Part shown: one piece after another, positions 35,711-45,598 of the stretch
Numbering within the stretch: position 1 is the stretch's first letter
Layout: each line of letters starts with the position of its first letter
Source of the DNA: Fuerstiella sp.
GTDB taxonomy: Bacteria > Planctomycetota > Planctomycetia > Planctomycetales > Planctomycetaceae
Reading direction: 5' to 3'
DNA: 64,000 nucleotides
Assembly: GCA_041689795.1 (NCBI GenBank)
Contig: JBDNFN010000396.1
Coordinates: forward strand, 16,122 to 80,121
Position numbers and translations under genes: made by a program
Notes under the pieces: generated by a model
Database searches by the model: none
The model's input: the letters and a program-made list of their open reading frames with translations, nothing else
Told to the model about the DNA's origin: nothing

Positions 35711-36655
35711 CTATATTGCTAGCCAGATTGCGATGGTCAACACGGCTACGGCAACAATACAAAGTAAAATCCGTGTCGTTGAACGGCTGAATTGATGCTG
35801 AGCTGTTTCCGATCGCCGCTTGAAAACAGGCGGCTGTTTGGCTGGTTCATCAAAGAGTTCATCCACCAGCGACCTGCGGCTGAGATTCTGGCCCCTGCGA
35901 TCATCGACCATTTCGATTGCGTCGCCTGATTCATTCAGGAGCATATTGCCCAGCCGACCTTGGACATCGCGCGCGATCAGGAATTGGCTTCGCGTGTGAA
36001 GTTCGTCGACAAGCTGCTGCATGGGCGCGGTTTGAGTTGCAACCTCTTCTGCCGACATCTGGCGAATCAAGAGTTCAAGGACAGCGCCGAGCTGACGAAG
36101 GTCGCCGGCCGGGTCCGGCAGAACAACTTTGTCCGTTACGTTCTCCAAAGCTTCTATCCATCTTTGGACACCGAAGCTGGTTACCTGCACGCGAATCTGT
36201 TCTGAAACAACCACGCACGCGGCGTTTAGTCCACCGTGCACAATTCCGACGTTGTGTGCGTGCTGCAGAGCGGAAGCAATCTGCCACCCAATGTCGGTGA
36301 CTTCGTCCCAGGAAAACTGCCCGTTATTCAGCAGTTCGGTAAGTGGTTTCCCCTCGGGAAGCTCCGTCAAGTAAAACAGCTGCCCTTCGGCTTCACCCCA
36401 GTCGACAATTGAAAGGATGTTGCCGTGCCGGATGTTTCGCAAAGTTGGTAAGTCTTTGCGAAACGCAGCACGAAATCTTTGCGACGAAGAAATGTCGCCT
36501 TCGAAACGCAGCAGCCGCAATTCATTTGCCGATTGTGGCTGCTCCACTTGAAATTCAGAATACCAACAGCCGCTGTAAAGCGGCTGCCGTAGTTTGAGAT
36601 TTTCCGGGTTCGTCATTGTCACGGTTGACTGCCTCTGCAGATCACTTCTGTACAA
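35711..36655 (-). CDS. Membrane-anchored protein-kinase-like protein lacking the catalytic residues (predicted pseudokinase)
   Basis: The kinase fold is recognisable (LRNIRHGNILSIVDWGEAEGQLFYLTELPEGKPLTELL; IGWQIASALQHAHNVGIVH). HRDLKPxN is replaced by HGGLNAAC and DFG by SFG. There is no Gly-rich loop and no VAIK lysine. The C-terminus is a TM helix (ILLCIVAVAVLTIAIWLAI). Confidence 0.65.
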   Translation of the reverse strand: MYRSDLQRQSTVTMTNPENLKLRQPLYSGCWYSEFQVEQPQSANELRLLRFEGDISSSQRFRAAFRKDLPTLRNIRHGNILSIVDWGEAEGQLFYLTELPEGKPLTELLNNGQFSWDEVTDIGWQIASALQHAHNVGIVHGGLNAACVVVSEQIRVQVTSFGVQRWIEALENVTDKVVLPDPAGDLRQLGAVLELLIRQMSAEEVATQTAPMQQLVDELHTRSQFLIARDVQGRLGNMLLNESGDAIEMVDDRRGQNLSRRSLVDELFDEPAKQPPVFKRRSETAQHQFSRSTTRILLCIVAVAVLTIAIWLAI

Positions 36656-36664
36656 GCGAAAGTT

Positions 36665-36695
36665 ACGAATCCGAAAGAGGCGATCTCGGATTCGT
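36665..36695 (-). terminator. Strong hairpin 8 nt after the S1 gene stop (possible terminator/attenuator)
   Basis: ACGAATCCGA-N11-TCGGATTCGT is a perfect 10-bp stem. On the minus strand it is followed by a weakly U-rich AACUUUCGCUU. On the plus strand it is followed by a T-run of 5 (36695-36699, the first T being the last base of the stem). Confidence 0.45.
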
Positions 36696-36702
36696 TTTTC
36701 CT

Positions 36703-38712
36703 CTAGCCTGTAAAGTCAGATGGATTGCCGAACAATCCTCCGCCTGCTTTTCCGCCGCCCATTCCGCCTCGTAAATCCAAATTTGGTTTTCGAGCAGGAC
36801 GATCTTCTTCTACTTCGTGATTGTCCTGCTTCTTGGCGGACTCAGGCTTTTGCTCCAGCGCTTTCAGTGAAAGGCTGACTCGTTTTCGTTTAGGGTCTAC
36901 TTCAAGAACCTTAAACTCTTTTTCATCACCAACTTTTAATACTTCGCCCACAGTGCCAACGCGACGCCATGCAAGTTCACTGATGTGAACCATGCCTTCA
37001 ACGCCTGGTTCAAGTTCAACGAAAGCTCCGAAATCGGAAACTCTCGTGACTCGCCCGTTGACGATTCGTTCGGATGGGTATCGTTCGCCTAGGTTTTGCC
37101 ACGGGTTCTGCACCAGTTGCTTCATACCAAGGCTTATACGATTTTGTTCCTTGTCGACTTTCAGAATGCGGACCTGAACTTCCTGGCCTTCCTTCAACAC
37201 CTCATTGGGGTGATTGATCCTCGACCAGGAAATTTCTCCGACGTGCAGAAACGCGTCGATAGGACCAATGTTGACGAAGGCACCGTAATTCTTCAGTGTC
37301 TTCACGGAGCCTGTGTAGTCTTTTCCAACTTCCAGAGTCTCCCAGAAACCGGATTGAGCGTCTTCACGCTCTGCCTGTAGTAAAGCCTTGCGGCTGACAA
37401 CCAGGTTCTTCTTCTTCGGCTTGACTTCCGTAATTTGAACGGTGAGCTTCTGGCCGACATATTGCTCCATGTCGGCAACATAGCCCAAGTCAATCTGGCT
37501 GGCAGGCAAAAAAGCTTTCAAACTGCTTACGGTTACCTGAAGTCCGCCTTTGTTAACTGCAGTTACCTGACAGTCGACTACCTGACCTACTGCGAGTCCA
37601 TCCCAGTTTCCGCCGGTCTTCGTACGAGCATGTGGCAATCGAGCTCGGAAAAGTCCGTCGCCGTCGATGTTGTCGATGATTACCGTAAGTTTCGCGCCAA
37701 CGGCTGGCTGCTTTTCATCAGGAAACTGCTTGGACGAAATTACGACGTCTGCCAGCAGGCCAGCGTTTATGAAAATGTCGTCGCCATGGATGTGCTGGAC
37801 AGTGCCGGATACCTTTGAGCCGGGGCCAATTTCTTCCGGTTCCGGCTTAGCCTTCATCACTGTTTCGCCAGTGATTGGGTCTACTGTAACTTCAGGCATA
37901 GCGGGCTGTGACTGTTCGCCCAGAGCAGATGAAATTTCAGCTTCGAGTAACGAATCTAAATCGTCTGTGGCGGGGATGTCGACCGGCTTGACGTTGGTTG
38001 GAGCATCCGGACGCTGAGACTTGATGTCTTCGCTGCCAACAGGTTTCTCCGATCCACCCGTGCCGAGTTTTTCGCGGATGCGTGCTGAAGGTCGATTGGC
38101 AGAGGCGACTTCTGCAACTGGGGCGGACGGAACTTCGCCCGTCGTGTCCGGAGCACTCGCAGCCAGAATTTCAGCAATCGATGGTGTCGGAGCAGATTGA
38201 TCAGTGGCCACGTTAGGTATCGCAGCGGTTTGAGTGACCAGCGACTCAACTGCTGGTGTTTCCACTGCTGCTGGTGTTTCCACTGCTGCTGGCGTTTCCA
38301 CTGCTGCTGGTGTTTCCACTGCTGCTGGTGTTTCCACTGCTGCTGGCGTTTCCACTGCTGCTGATGTTTCCACTGCTGCTGGTGTTTCCACTGCTGCTGA
38401 TGTTTCCACTGCTGCTGGTGTTTCCACTGCTGCTGGCGACTCAACTGCTGCTGGTGTTTCCACTGCTGCTGGCGACTCAACTACAGGTGTTGTCGCCACT
38501 GCTGGCGAAGTTTCGATGGCCGCAGACACTGTTTGTTCGACAACTGGTTTCTCTGCAGAAACAGACTCGCCCGCCGCAGCAGCGAGTCCAGCACCGCCCG
38601 TTTGTTCAACGGTAGCTGAGTCATTGATCTCAGGCAGTGACACTTCAGCTTGAACTGAATCGGTAGTTGGAGGCACACTCTCGCCTTGTGGCGATACTTC
38701 TTCCGTCGTCAT
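36703..38712 (-). CDS. rpsA: S1 RNA-binding protein (30S ribosomal protein S1-like, four S1 domains) with a ~290-aa low-complexity N-terminal extension
   Basis: Four S1/OB modules are present: [21 protein letters not shown]; [21 protein letters not shown]; [21 protein letters not shown]; [29 protein letters not shown]. The N-terminus is Ala/Thr/Glu/Pro/Val-rich with (P/S)AAVET hexapeptide repeats. Confidence 0.8.
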   Translation of the reverse strand: MTTEEVSPQGESVPPTTDSVQAEVSLPEINDSATVEQTGGAGLAAAAGESVSAEKPVVEQTVSAAIETSPAVATTPVVESPAAVETPAAVESPAAVETPAAVETSAAVETPAAVETSAAVETPAAVETPAAVETPAAVETPAAVETPAAVETPAVESLVTQTAAIPNVATDQSAPTPSIAEILAASAPDTTGEVPSAPVAEVASANRPSARIREKLGTGGSEKPVGSEDIKSQRPDAPTNVKPVDIPATDDLDSLLEAEISSALGEQSQPAMPEVTVDPITGETVMKAKPEPEEIGPGSKVSGTVQHIHGDDIFINAGLLADVVISSKQFPDEKQPAVGAKLTVIIDNIDGDGLFRARLPHARTKTGGNWDGLAVGQVVDCQVTAVNKGGLQVTVSSLKAFLPASQIDLGYVADMEQYVGQKLTVQITEVKPKKKNLVVSRKALLQAEREDAQSGFWETLEVGKDYTGSVKTLKNYGAFVNIGPIDAFLHVGEISWSRINHPNEVLKEGQEVQVRILKVDKEQNRISLGMKQLVQNPWQNLGERYPSERIVNGRVTRVSDFGAFVELEPGVEGMVHISELAWRRVGTVGEVLKVGDEKEFKVLEVDPKRKRVSLSLKALEQKPESAKKQDNHEVEEDRPARKPNLDLRGGMGGGKAGGGLFGNPSDFTG
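38255..38470. repeat. 18-bp tandem repeat x12 (GG[T/C]GTTTCCACTGCTGCT and variants) inside the S1 gene
   Basis: Units start every 18 nt from 38255 to 38453. Variants are GGTG, GGCG, GATG and one GGCGACTCAA unit. Degenerate copies flank the array at 38237 and 38471. The repeat is in frame and encodes [18 protein letters not shown]. Confidence 0.95.
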
Positions 38713-38860
38713 TTTTTCTGGGGTCCTGTTTGGTCACATCAACCAAGCGGATGTGATCCATTTTTTTTCAATTGCAGAATGTCTTGCGTAACGCGATCGC
38801 ATTTTAAGACAAGCATTCCTTATTACACGGTCTCAGGATATCCAAACAAATGTGGCTTGA

Positions 38861-39724
38861 CTACCGCATGAGGGATATCTTTACCTCAGGTTTTTCGGCA
38901 ATAACACAACGAAATCCGATTGCATCACTACGCTCGCTTTCAGAAATCGTCAAATAGGCAGACGAGGAGAGCAGCGGATGAGCGTCACGCCATGATCCGC
39001 CACGGATGATGCAATGCGCTGCAGGTGCTGTAATTTGCAGGGAATTTTGTCCCGATTCATGGCTCACAAATTCCCAGAGGTAGCCGTGGACGTCAAATAG
39101 TCCCCACGAATTGGGCTTCAGCACTCCGACTGCCGGGTCGTTTCCGGCAGCATTTCCGGTGTGCCATGCGTAGGCGTCCAATTCTGTCGTTAAGCCTTCA
39201 GGGCCCGCGTTCTGGCCGAAACAATAACGTGTTTCAGTTCCCGCGCGGCAGCAATATTCCCATTCTACGTATGTTGGAAGGCGAACTTTCTGAGCGTCAC
39301 CAATCAGTTGCTTTTTGCTCAGGAGTTCGGTGAGTTGCTGGCAGAACAGCACCGCTTCCGTGCAACTGACGTTTTCTACCGAGTTGCGAGGCCCTTTCCA
39401 GCGGCTCGGATTTGTTCCAGTCACGGCTTCGTAAAGTTCCTGGGTGACTTCATACTTTGAAATGCGAAACGGATGCTCGATCGCAACTTCCTGCTGTGTA
39501 GTTTCGTGCGCAGTTGGTTCTTTGGTGCCTGAAATAAAGCGTTTTGAGAAGCCATCTTCGCCCGGTGTGATACTTACGCATTCCGCAATAAAACGTTCAA
39601 TGGCTGCATTGGCCGACGCCGAAGGGGCTCGGGTTGGCAATTTGGTTTCCTGAGCTCGCAGTGACGTTGGGGACGTCGAAATGCAGGAAAGCACTAGCAT
39701 CGCACAAAGTATTGTAGTCTTCAT
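38861..39724 (-). CDS. Secreted formylglycine-generating-enzyme family protein (SUMF1/FGE-sulfatase domain)
   Basis: It has a signal peptide. Motifs are ISKYEVTQELYEAVTG, RLPTYVEWEYCCRAGTETRYCFG, NSWGLFDVHGYLWEFV, RGGSWRD and GFRCV. Confidence 0.85.
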   Translation of the reverse strand: MKTTILCAMLVLSCISTSPTSLRAQETKLPTRAPSASANAAIERFIAECVSITPGEDGFSKRFISGTKEPTAHETTQQEVAIEHPFRISKYEVTQELYEAVTGTNPSRWKGPRNSVENVSCTEAVLFCQQLTELLSKKQLIGDAQKVRLPTYVEWEYCCRAGTETRYCFGQNAGPEGLTTELDAYAWHTGNAAGNDPAVGVLKPNSWGLFDVHGYLWEFVSHESGQNSLQITAPAAHCIIRGGSWRDAHPLLSSSAYLTISESERSDAIGFRCVIAEKPEVKISLMR

Positions 39725-39944
39725 CGTAAACTCGCTGGAGTGAAACGCAAAACACGAAGCAGATTAGAAACGCCGGTGCCGTTAGCGACCAACCGATAGT
39801 GCGGTGGCATTTGGACGCGCAAAAAGTAAGTTGCCGGGACATCTAGCTAATTGACGTAATCAAAGGGGCCAACGACCGCATCTCAATTCCGTAAGAGTTT
39901 ACTTCTGTTTATTTGACAGCGTAAGCGACCATGCAACGTTTTCC

Positions 39945-41897
39945 GTGAACAACCCATACCGGTTTCCGTGGTCCGATTCTGTCCTGTACTTTCGTTGGCT
40001 GCCCGAATTGTGGCGGGCACAGAGGCTTCAGTTCCAATGCCATTATTGCCGCCTGAACACGCTGGAGCCCCCCAAAGCCGCAAATTCCGGTGTTGAAATG
40101 TTGTCGTGCAACAATTTTGAAGTCTTCCTAAACTGCGGCGATTGTTCGACTCCATTTCTGATTTTCCAGATGCAAACAAGTAACTCACTTCCTGAGGGCG
40201 ATACTGCGTGGTTGCGGAACATGATGGAACTGGCCATCTTGTTCGTCATCGCGGTGATGATGCTGCGCGGATTCCTGTTGGAAGGTTATCTAATTTCAAC
40301 TGGCTCAATGGCTCCCGGCTTGCGAGGCTTTCATAAGCAACTGAAGTGTCCATCGTGCCAATACGAATTCGCTTTCGGAATCAATTTTGACGAATCAGTC
40401 GATGCACCGGCGGAGGATGAAACCCGGCTTTCGGAACACTACGCCACCTGCCCCAACTGTGGTCAGGTCAATATCAATGCCAGCCCGGCACCCGCCGCGT
40501 ATGGCGATCAATTGCTGGTTCATAAGGGTGTGTTCGACTTCCGTCGACCCCGCCGTTGGGAGACAGTTGTCTTTTTGAATCCGGCAAGCCCGGGTGAAGC
40601 CTATGTGAAGCGAGTCGTCGGCCTGCCCGGAGAAACTCTGCAGGTGATCGACGGTGATCTGTTTATTGAAGCCGCGATCGCCAGGAAGGACCTCGAAACT
40701 CAGCGAGACATGCGAATTGCCGTCTTTGACTTCGCAAATCGCCCGACGAATAGAGACGAATGGCAGCTTCCGTGGCAAATGGATGAAGGTTGGGAAGTGT
40801 CGTCTGACGCTTTGACCTGCGACGCGACCAATCGGACAAGCTGGTTGAAGTTTCAAAACTGGCGTTGGGCGGGCGGCAGTCATGTTTGTGAAGTTTCTCT
40901 GCAGGGAGCTGAGGCCGAGCTGGATTGGAAAAACTGCGTCAGCGAATTGAACCAACGTCCCGTATCGTGGATGACGCGATTGGAATTTGACAACGACAAC
41001 AAAGTGCTTCGCTTACGAGGTGTCATGCCTTACGAAATGCAGCGAGATCTTATTAGCTGGGCTGATTCAGAAGAGCTCCGTGCCGCCATTTATCGCCTCG
41101 GAGCATTGTCGCATATCAGTCCGATCACCGATCGCTACGGATATAATTCGTTGGTTTCGTCTCCCGAGTACCCGGTGCGCGATCTGATGTTCGACGTCAC
41201 ACTTTCGTTGACAGAACCGCCGGACGTGATTTCCGTTTGGATGCCATTAGACAGCGACGTTTTTCGGTTGGACATTCAGCCGCAGACACTGACGGCAAGT
41301 TTGTTTTCTGAAACAAGCGGTCAACAGGTTCGAACAGGTACGTTTCAGGCGGCAGCGGAAACCAGTCTGACCGCAGGCCTGTTGAAATTGGAAGTCTCCA
41401 ATTTTGATCGACGAATGCTGGTGGCGGCAAACGGTCAGCAGCTGTTTGATTCCGTGGACGTTCCACTTTCTGCAGACGAGGCGTTCACGAACGAACGACA
41501 GTTCGGCGCCGGCCTGACTTCGCCGGACGGAAAAGACGCAGCTCGGACAGCTCGATTTGTGAATCAGCAAAGTCGGCTAGGGTTGTCGGTGACAAATGGC
41601 GTTGTGCAGATTCTTGCCCTACAGCTGTTTCGGGATGTGCATTACACCCCGGGCCGCCGAAAAAACGGGGTGGATGCCCCTTACACTGTCTCATTGGATA
41701 ACTATTTTGTGCAGGGCGATAATAGCCCTGTTTCTTCTGACAGCCGCAGTTGGCCAAACCCCGCCGTCCCACACCGGCTGTTGGTTGGCAAGCCTTTTGT
41801 TGTGCATTTGCCGTCAAAGCCGGGCAAACTGACGATTGGCGGCATTCAACTGCCAATCCGGATACCTGATTTCCGTCGAATTCGTTACATTCACTGA
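39945..41897 (+). CDS. lepB: Signal peptidase I (S26) paralog 1 with zinc-ribbon insert and a ~330-aa inserted domain
   Basis: The TM helix is followed by GYLISTGSMAPGL (box B Ser), YVKRVVGLPGETL (box D Lys) and GDNSPVSSDSRSW (box E). CPSCQYEF...CPNCG lies between boxes B and C. The GTG start at 39945 would add an N-terminal CHYC...CGDC segment, and the start is uncertain. Confidence 0.8.
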   Translation: MNNPYRFPWSDSVLYFRWLPELWRAQRLQFQCHYCRLNTLEPPKAANSGVEMLSCNNFEVFLNCGDCSTPFLIFQMQTSNSLPEGDTAWLRNMMELAILFVIAVMMLRGFLLEGYLISTGSMAPGLRGFHKQLKCPSCQYEFAFGINFDESVDAPAEDETRLSEHYATCPNCGQVNINASPAPAAYGDQLLVHKGVFDFRRPRRWETVVFLNPASPGEAYVKRVVGLPGETLQVIDGDLFIEAAIARKDLETQRDMRIAVFDFANRPTNRDEWQLPWQMDEGWEVSSDALTCDATNRTSWLKFQNWRWAGGSHVCEVSLQGAEAELDWKNCVSELNQRPVSWMTRLEFDNDNKVLRLRGVMPYEMQRDLISWADSEELRAAIYRLGALSHISPITDRYGYNSLVSSPEYPVRDLMFDVTLSLTEPPDVISVWMPLDSDVFRLDIQPQTLTASLFSETSGQQVRTGTFQAAAETSLTAGLLKLEVSNFDRRMLVAANGQQLFDSVDVPLSADEAFTNERQFGAGLTSPDGKDAARTARFVNQQSRLGLSVTNGVVQILALQLFRDVHYTPGRRKNGVDAPYTVSLDNYFVQGDNSPVSSDSRSWPNPAVPHRLLVGKPFVVHLPSKPGKLTIGGIQLPIRIPDFRRIRYIH

Positions 41898-42078
41898 AAA
41901 AAAGGCCGGATTCGGGACAACGTTCGTCGCTGGAATCTCCGGCGATGTACGAATAATTCAGTGCCTCAATCGAATATTCCCACCTAAGCTGCCCTTTCTT
42001 GCTTCTTACCGGGGCGAGTCAGCAGCTTAGTGAATTGGATTTTTAAGATACGACGATTTCCTGATCGAAAACGGAATC

Positions 42079-43962
42079 ATGGCAGCTAAGAAAAAAACTG
42101 AAGTGTCCCGGGACGCTTCCGGCGAATCAGCAGCGGGCAGCAAGAAGAAAAAAAAACCTGCCGATGGTACTCGAGAAACCGTCGAGTCAATTGCGATCGC
42201 GTTTGTGCTGGCGTTTCTGTTCAAGACGTTTCAGGCAGAAGCGTATGTGATTCCGACCGGGTCGATGGCTCCAACACTGTATGGGCGCCACAAAGAGGTT
42301 CAATGCGATGGTTGTGGATTTCGTTTTGCGCTGGGGGCAAGTTCCGAGGTTGATCAGTCCAGTGGTAGGTTGATCGGAAGGATCTCGGAGGCATATTGTT
42401 CCAATTGCGGCAAGAGGAACGAGAACGCGGCATTCGCTCCGGTCTTCAACGGCGACAGGATTCTGGTTAACAAGCAAATCAGTGAATACAAACGTTTTGA
42501 TGTCGTCGTGTTTAAGAATCCGGAACAGCCTCACGTTAACTACATCAAACGACTTGTCGGGTTGCCCAACGAGGCAATTCGTGTTCGTAAAGGAGACCTT
42601 TGGGCTCTGCGAGCAGGCCAGACATCGTGGCAGATCCTGCGGAAGGATGACCCCTTTGTTCAGAAGAATATTCAGCTAACCGTTTATGACGATAACTACC
42701 CCGCAACTGAACTTCTTAAACTTGGCTGGCCCGAAAGATGGTCTGCATCCACGTTTGGAGCAGGTGAGGGATCTGTTGGAAACTGGCGATCTGTTGAAAA
42801 CGGTTGGGCGGCAGATCGGGAAGGCAGACGGTATACTTGTGATTCCAGTGACGGCAGTTTTCACTGGCTGCGCTATCGACATTTTCAGCCCAATGAATCC
42901 ACGTGGCCTGATTCCAGACAAGTCAATGCCGACCTTCCGCTTGCAGAAGCGACGTTGATTGATGACTTCTGCAGCTTCAATGCTTATGGCGTTGATAACA
43001 TGATGAGTCAGCGACAGGAAGGTTATTGGGTTGGCGACCTGACAATCAATACTCAGGTTTCTATTGATCGCATCGACCCTGACAGCGAAATGATGCTGGA
43101 GCTTGTTGAGGGGCCGCAGACGTTTCAGTGTGTGATAAACTTATCTACTGGTTCTGCGACGTTGCAGTATTTGAATGGCGATAATCGTGAAACCCCGATC
43201 GTTATGGCCACCGGTAGGACCAGCATGACAGCAGCTGGTTCGTACGATGTCGACTTTGCCAATGTGGACGACCGAATCTGTCTGTGGGTTGATAACCGGC
43301 TGATTGAGTTTGATGCATCTACTGAATACGTTTCATCAGACGTCCCGCAGCCGGAAAACGGTGATCTCGCACCAGTCGGAATTGCTTTCAGGAATGCCGC
43401 AGCCACTGTTTCCGGACTGTTGCTGCAGCGAGACATCTATTATCGAAACGATGTGATTCAGTTCGATCCACAGAATGGCGTCAGTGTGTCGTCGTACGGC
43501 GACACGGCCTTTAGGCATGTTCCTGTAAACACATCCCAGCGTGACGAAGTTGATGCAAATCTAATACACCTGCTAAACAATCCGGCTGCGTGGGCCAGTA
43601 CATATGCTCAGTCTTCGTCCGTTCAGCTTAGCAGTTATGGTCAATATGGTGAGTACAAACTGGCAAGCGACGAGTACCTGATGTTCGGAGATAATTCGTC
43701 GATGAGCAAAGACGGGCGACTGTTTGATTATGAGGCTCGACCGATGAACGGAATCTTCAGTCATCGATATGCTGTTCGCGAAAAAGACCTCATCGGAAAA
43801 GCTCTATTCATCTTCTGGCCTCACGCAGTACCATTCCTGAATAGTGGAGAGGGGTTTTCCGTTCTGAATCATAAATCGCCGGACGGAAAAAAAGTCGGTG
43901 ACTACCCGTCTTTCCGTTTCCCGTTTTACCCAGACTTTTCCAGAATGAAGAAGATTCGATAG
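42079..43962 (+). CDS. lepB: Signal peptidase I (S26) paralog 2 with zinc-ribbon insert and a ~370-aa inserted domain
   Basis: A Lys-rich cytoplasmic tail and TM helix are followed by AYVIPTGSMAPTLYG, CDGCGFRF...CSNCGKRN, YIKRLVGLPNEAI and GDNSSMSKDGRLF. Confidence 0.85.
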   Translation: MAAKKKTEVSRDASGESAAGSKKKKKPADGTRETVESIAIAFVLAFLFKTFQAEAYVIPTGSMAPTLYGRHKEVQCDGCGFRFALGASSEVDQSSGRLIGRISEAYCSNCGKRNENAAFAPVFNGDRILVNKQISEYKRFDVVVFKNPEQPHVNYIKRLVGLPNEAIRVRKGDLWALRAGQTSWQILRKDDPFVQKNIQLTVYDDNYPATELLKLGWPERWSASTFGAGEGSVGNWRSVENGWAADREGRRYTCDSSDGSFHWLRYRHFQPNESTWPDSRQVNADLPLAEATLIDDFCSFNAYGVDNMMSQRQEGYWVGDLTINTQVSIDRIDPDSEMMLELVEGPQTFQCVINLSTGSATLQYLNGDNRETPIVMATGRTSMTAAGSYDVDFANVDDRICLWVDNRLIEFDASTEYVSSDVPQPENGDLAPVGIAFRNAAATVSGLLLQRDIYYRNDVIQFDPQNGVSVSSYGDTAFRHVPVNTSQRDEVDANLIHLLNNPAAWASTYAQSSSVQLSSYGQYGEYKLASDEYLMFGDNSSMSKDGRLFDYEARPMNGIFSHRYAVREKDLIGKALFIFWPHAVPFLNSGEGFSVLNHKSPDGKKVGDYPSFRFPFYPDFSRMKKIR

Positions 43963-44117
43963 TCCGCAACATGCGGAATCGGCTGCGTTGCATTGATGCT
44001 CAGTAACAGATTTGTTAACTGGCTCGTGGATCAACAAAATGCTCGAAGCCTGATTTTAAGTCCTTGGCTGTCTGTGCAAATCGTTAATAAAGAACAGTTG
44101 AAGAGAAGGATTCTCTG

Positions 44118-44882
44118 ATGTCTCTGTTGGTATGCGAAGGGCTGGTTAAGGACTATCCCGGAAAACGAGCTGTTGACGGGGTTGACTTTGACGTCAAAGA
44201 AGGCGAAATCGTCGGACTGCTCGGGCCCAACGGGGCTGGTAAAAGCACGACCTTTCGAATGGCCTGCGGTCTTGCTGCGCCGACCAAAGGGCGTGTGCTG
44301 CTTCGCGGGAAAGATGTGACGAACTGGGCGATGTACCAGCGTGCTCAACATGGACTTGGTTATCTGCCGCAGGATTCCAGTATCTTCTCGAAGCTGTCAG
44401 TCGAAGAAAATATTATGGCGATTCTTGAGTTCCGCGGTGTCGGTCGTAAACCGTCGAAGGCCAAAATCGACAAACTGCTTGGTGACTTTGGTTTGCTTGA
44501 CAAGCGTCGTCAGCGTTCCGGGTCGCTATCCGGTGGAGAACGACGACGTCTGGAAATAGCCCGAGCACTAGCGAGTGATCCCCAGATACTTCTGCTGGAC
44601 GAGCCATTCACCGGCATCGATCCTGTGACCATTCACAGCATTCAGGATATTATCCACGGGCTGAAAGATCAGGGCATCGCGATTCTTTTGACCGACCATC
44701 GCGAACGGGAGACACTGACGATCACGGATCGAAGTTACATTATCTGTGGCGGTCGGGTGCTTGTTTCCGGCAGTGCGGAAAAGGTGCTGAATGATCCCAA
44801 GGCTATCGAAAGTTATTTCGGTAAACGTTTTGATGCCGGTTCAATTATTGATGGACGTGATAACTTCAGAAAGTCGGCTTAA
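44118..44882 (+). CDS. lptB: LPS export ABC transporter ATP-binding protein
   Basis: GLLGPNGAGKSTTF, YLPQDSSIFSKLSVEENI, LSGGERRRLEIARAL, LLLDEPFTGIDP and LLTDH are present. The size (254 aa) and the C-terminal YFG-type tail are typical of LptB. Confidence 0.85.
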   Translation: MSLLVCEGLVKDYPGKRAVDGVDFDVKEGEIVGLLGPNGAGKSTTFRMACGLAAPTKGRVLLRGKDVTNWAMYQRAQHGLGYLPQDSSIFSKLSVEENIMAILEFRGVGRKPSKAKIDKLLGDFGLLDKRRQRSGSLSGGERRRLEIARALASDPQILLLDEPFTGIDPVTIHSIQDIIHGLKDQGIAILLTDHRERETLTITDRSYIICGGRVLVSGSAEKVLNDPKAIESYFGKRFDAGSIIDGRDNFRKSA

Positions 44883-44915
44883 CGCTCGATTTAGTGAACA
44901 GGGAGCTTGACTGCG

Positions 44916-45425
44916 ATGAGTGCTGGTTTTGGTGAAGACAATCCGGTTGATGCAATAACGTCGCGCGGGCGAGACTGGCCGTGTCTGCAGCAGTTTGTTG
45001 TGTTTCTGGAAAATAAGGTTGGTTCGCTACACCAGCTTCTGCGAGGTGTGGAACGCGATGATCTGAAGATTATTGCACTGTCCATTCTTGATTCCGCGGA
45101 CAGTGCAATTGCCAGATTAATTACCAATAACTACGAACGTACCCGCGAACTGCTGGAATTGTCAGGGCTTCCCTTTTGCGAAACAGAAGTCATTGGCGTA
45201 ATGCTTCCCAAAGCTGATCAGCCCCACGTGAATGTGCTCGGAAGCCTGATGTCGGCTGAACTTAACGTGCACTATATTTATCCCTTGATGTATCGCCGCA
45301 ACGGTCGGGGAGCTATCGCAATTTTTGTCAGCGAAGTGGATGAAGCTTTGCGTGTGTTGAAAGAACGAAATCACGAATTCGTGACAGAAGATGACCTGCT
45401 TGAGTACGACGATATGTTTGGTTAA
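44916..45425 (+). CDS. ACT-domain (amino-acid-binding regulatory fold) protein
   Basis: There are two ACT-like halves: QQFVVFLENKVGSLHQLLRGVERDDLKIIALSI and VIGVMLPKADQPHVNVLGSLMSAELNVHY. An alternative TTG start lies at 44907. Confidence 0.55.
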   Translation: MSAGFGEDNPVDAITSRGRDWPCLQQFVVFLENKVGSLHQLLRGVERDDLKIIALSILDSADSAIARLITNNYERTRELLELSGLPFCETEVIGVMLPKADQPHVNVLGSLMSAELNVHYIYPLMYRRNGRGAIAIFVSEVDEALRVLKERNHEFVTEDDLLEYDDMFG

Positions 45426-45598
45426 TTCACGTTTGGTTACGCGGGATGCCTTGTGAAATTCTGTTTCCTTATTCGAGAAGCGCTTTTCACTTAAATATGC
45501 CACGCAGATGCAAAAGTGGAGCGATGTTGAACGATTCCCGATTCGATTTGAGGCATGGCTTCGTCAGGCTGTGTGTTCTTTGAACAGGACTAGTTGAG

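Noticed and set aside
35332-35790. A 152-aa plus-strand ORF in the 487-nt gap between the pseudokinase and DksA-like genes.
   Set aside because: It is Arg-rich with no motif and overlaps the 3' end of the pseudokinase gene on the opposite strand. The region is more likely the promoter/leader of the dksA-lspA pair.
37956-38653. ORFs 37956-38480(-), 38234-38653(+) and 38256-38615(+) with striking repetitive translations (QQWKH..., STAAGV..., FPLLLV...).
   Set aside because: They are alternative-frame readings of the 18-bp tandem repeat inside the S1 gene. The S1 frame is the only one continuous with recognisable domains.
43963-43977. A hairpin TCCGCA-ACA-TGCGGA immediately after the second signal peptidase gene, considered as a terminator.
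   Set aside because: It has only a 6-bp stem, a 3-nt loop and no following U-tract. lptB follows 140 nt later in the same direction, so read-through is equally plausible.
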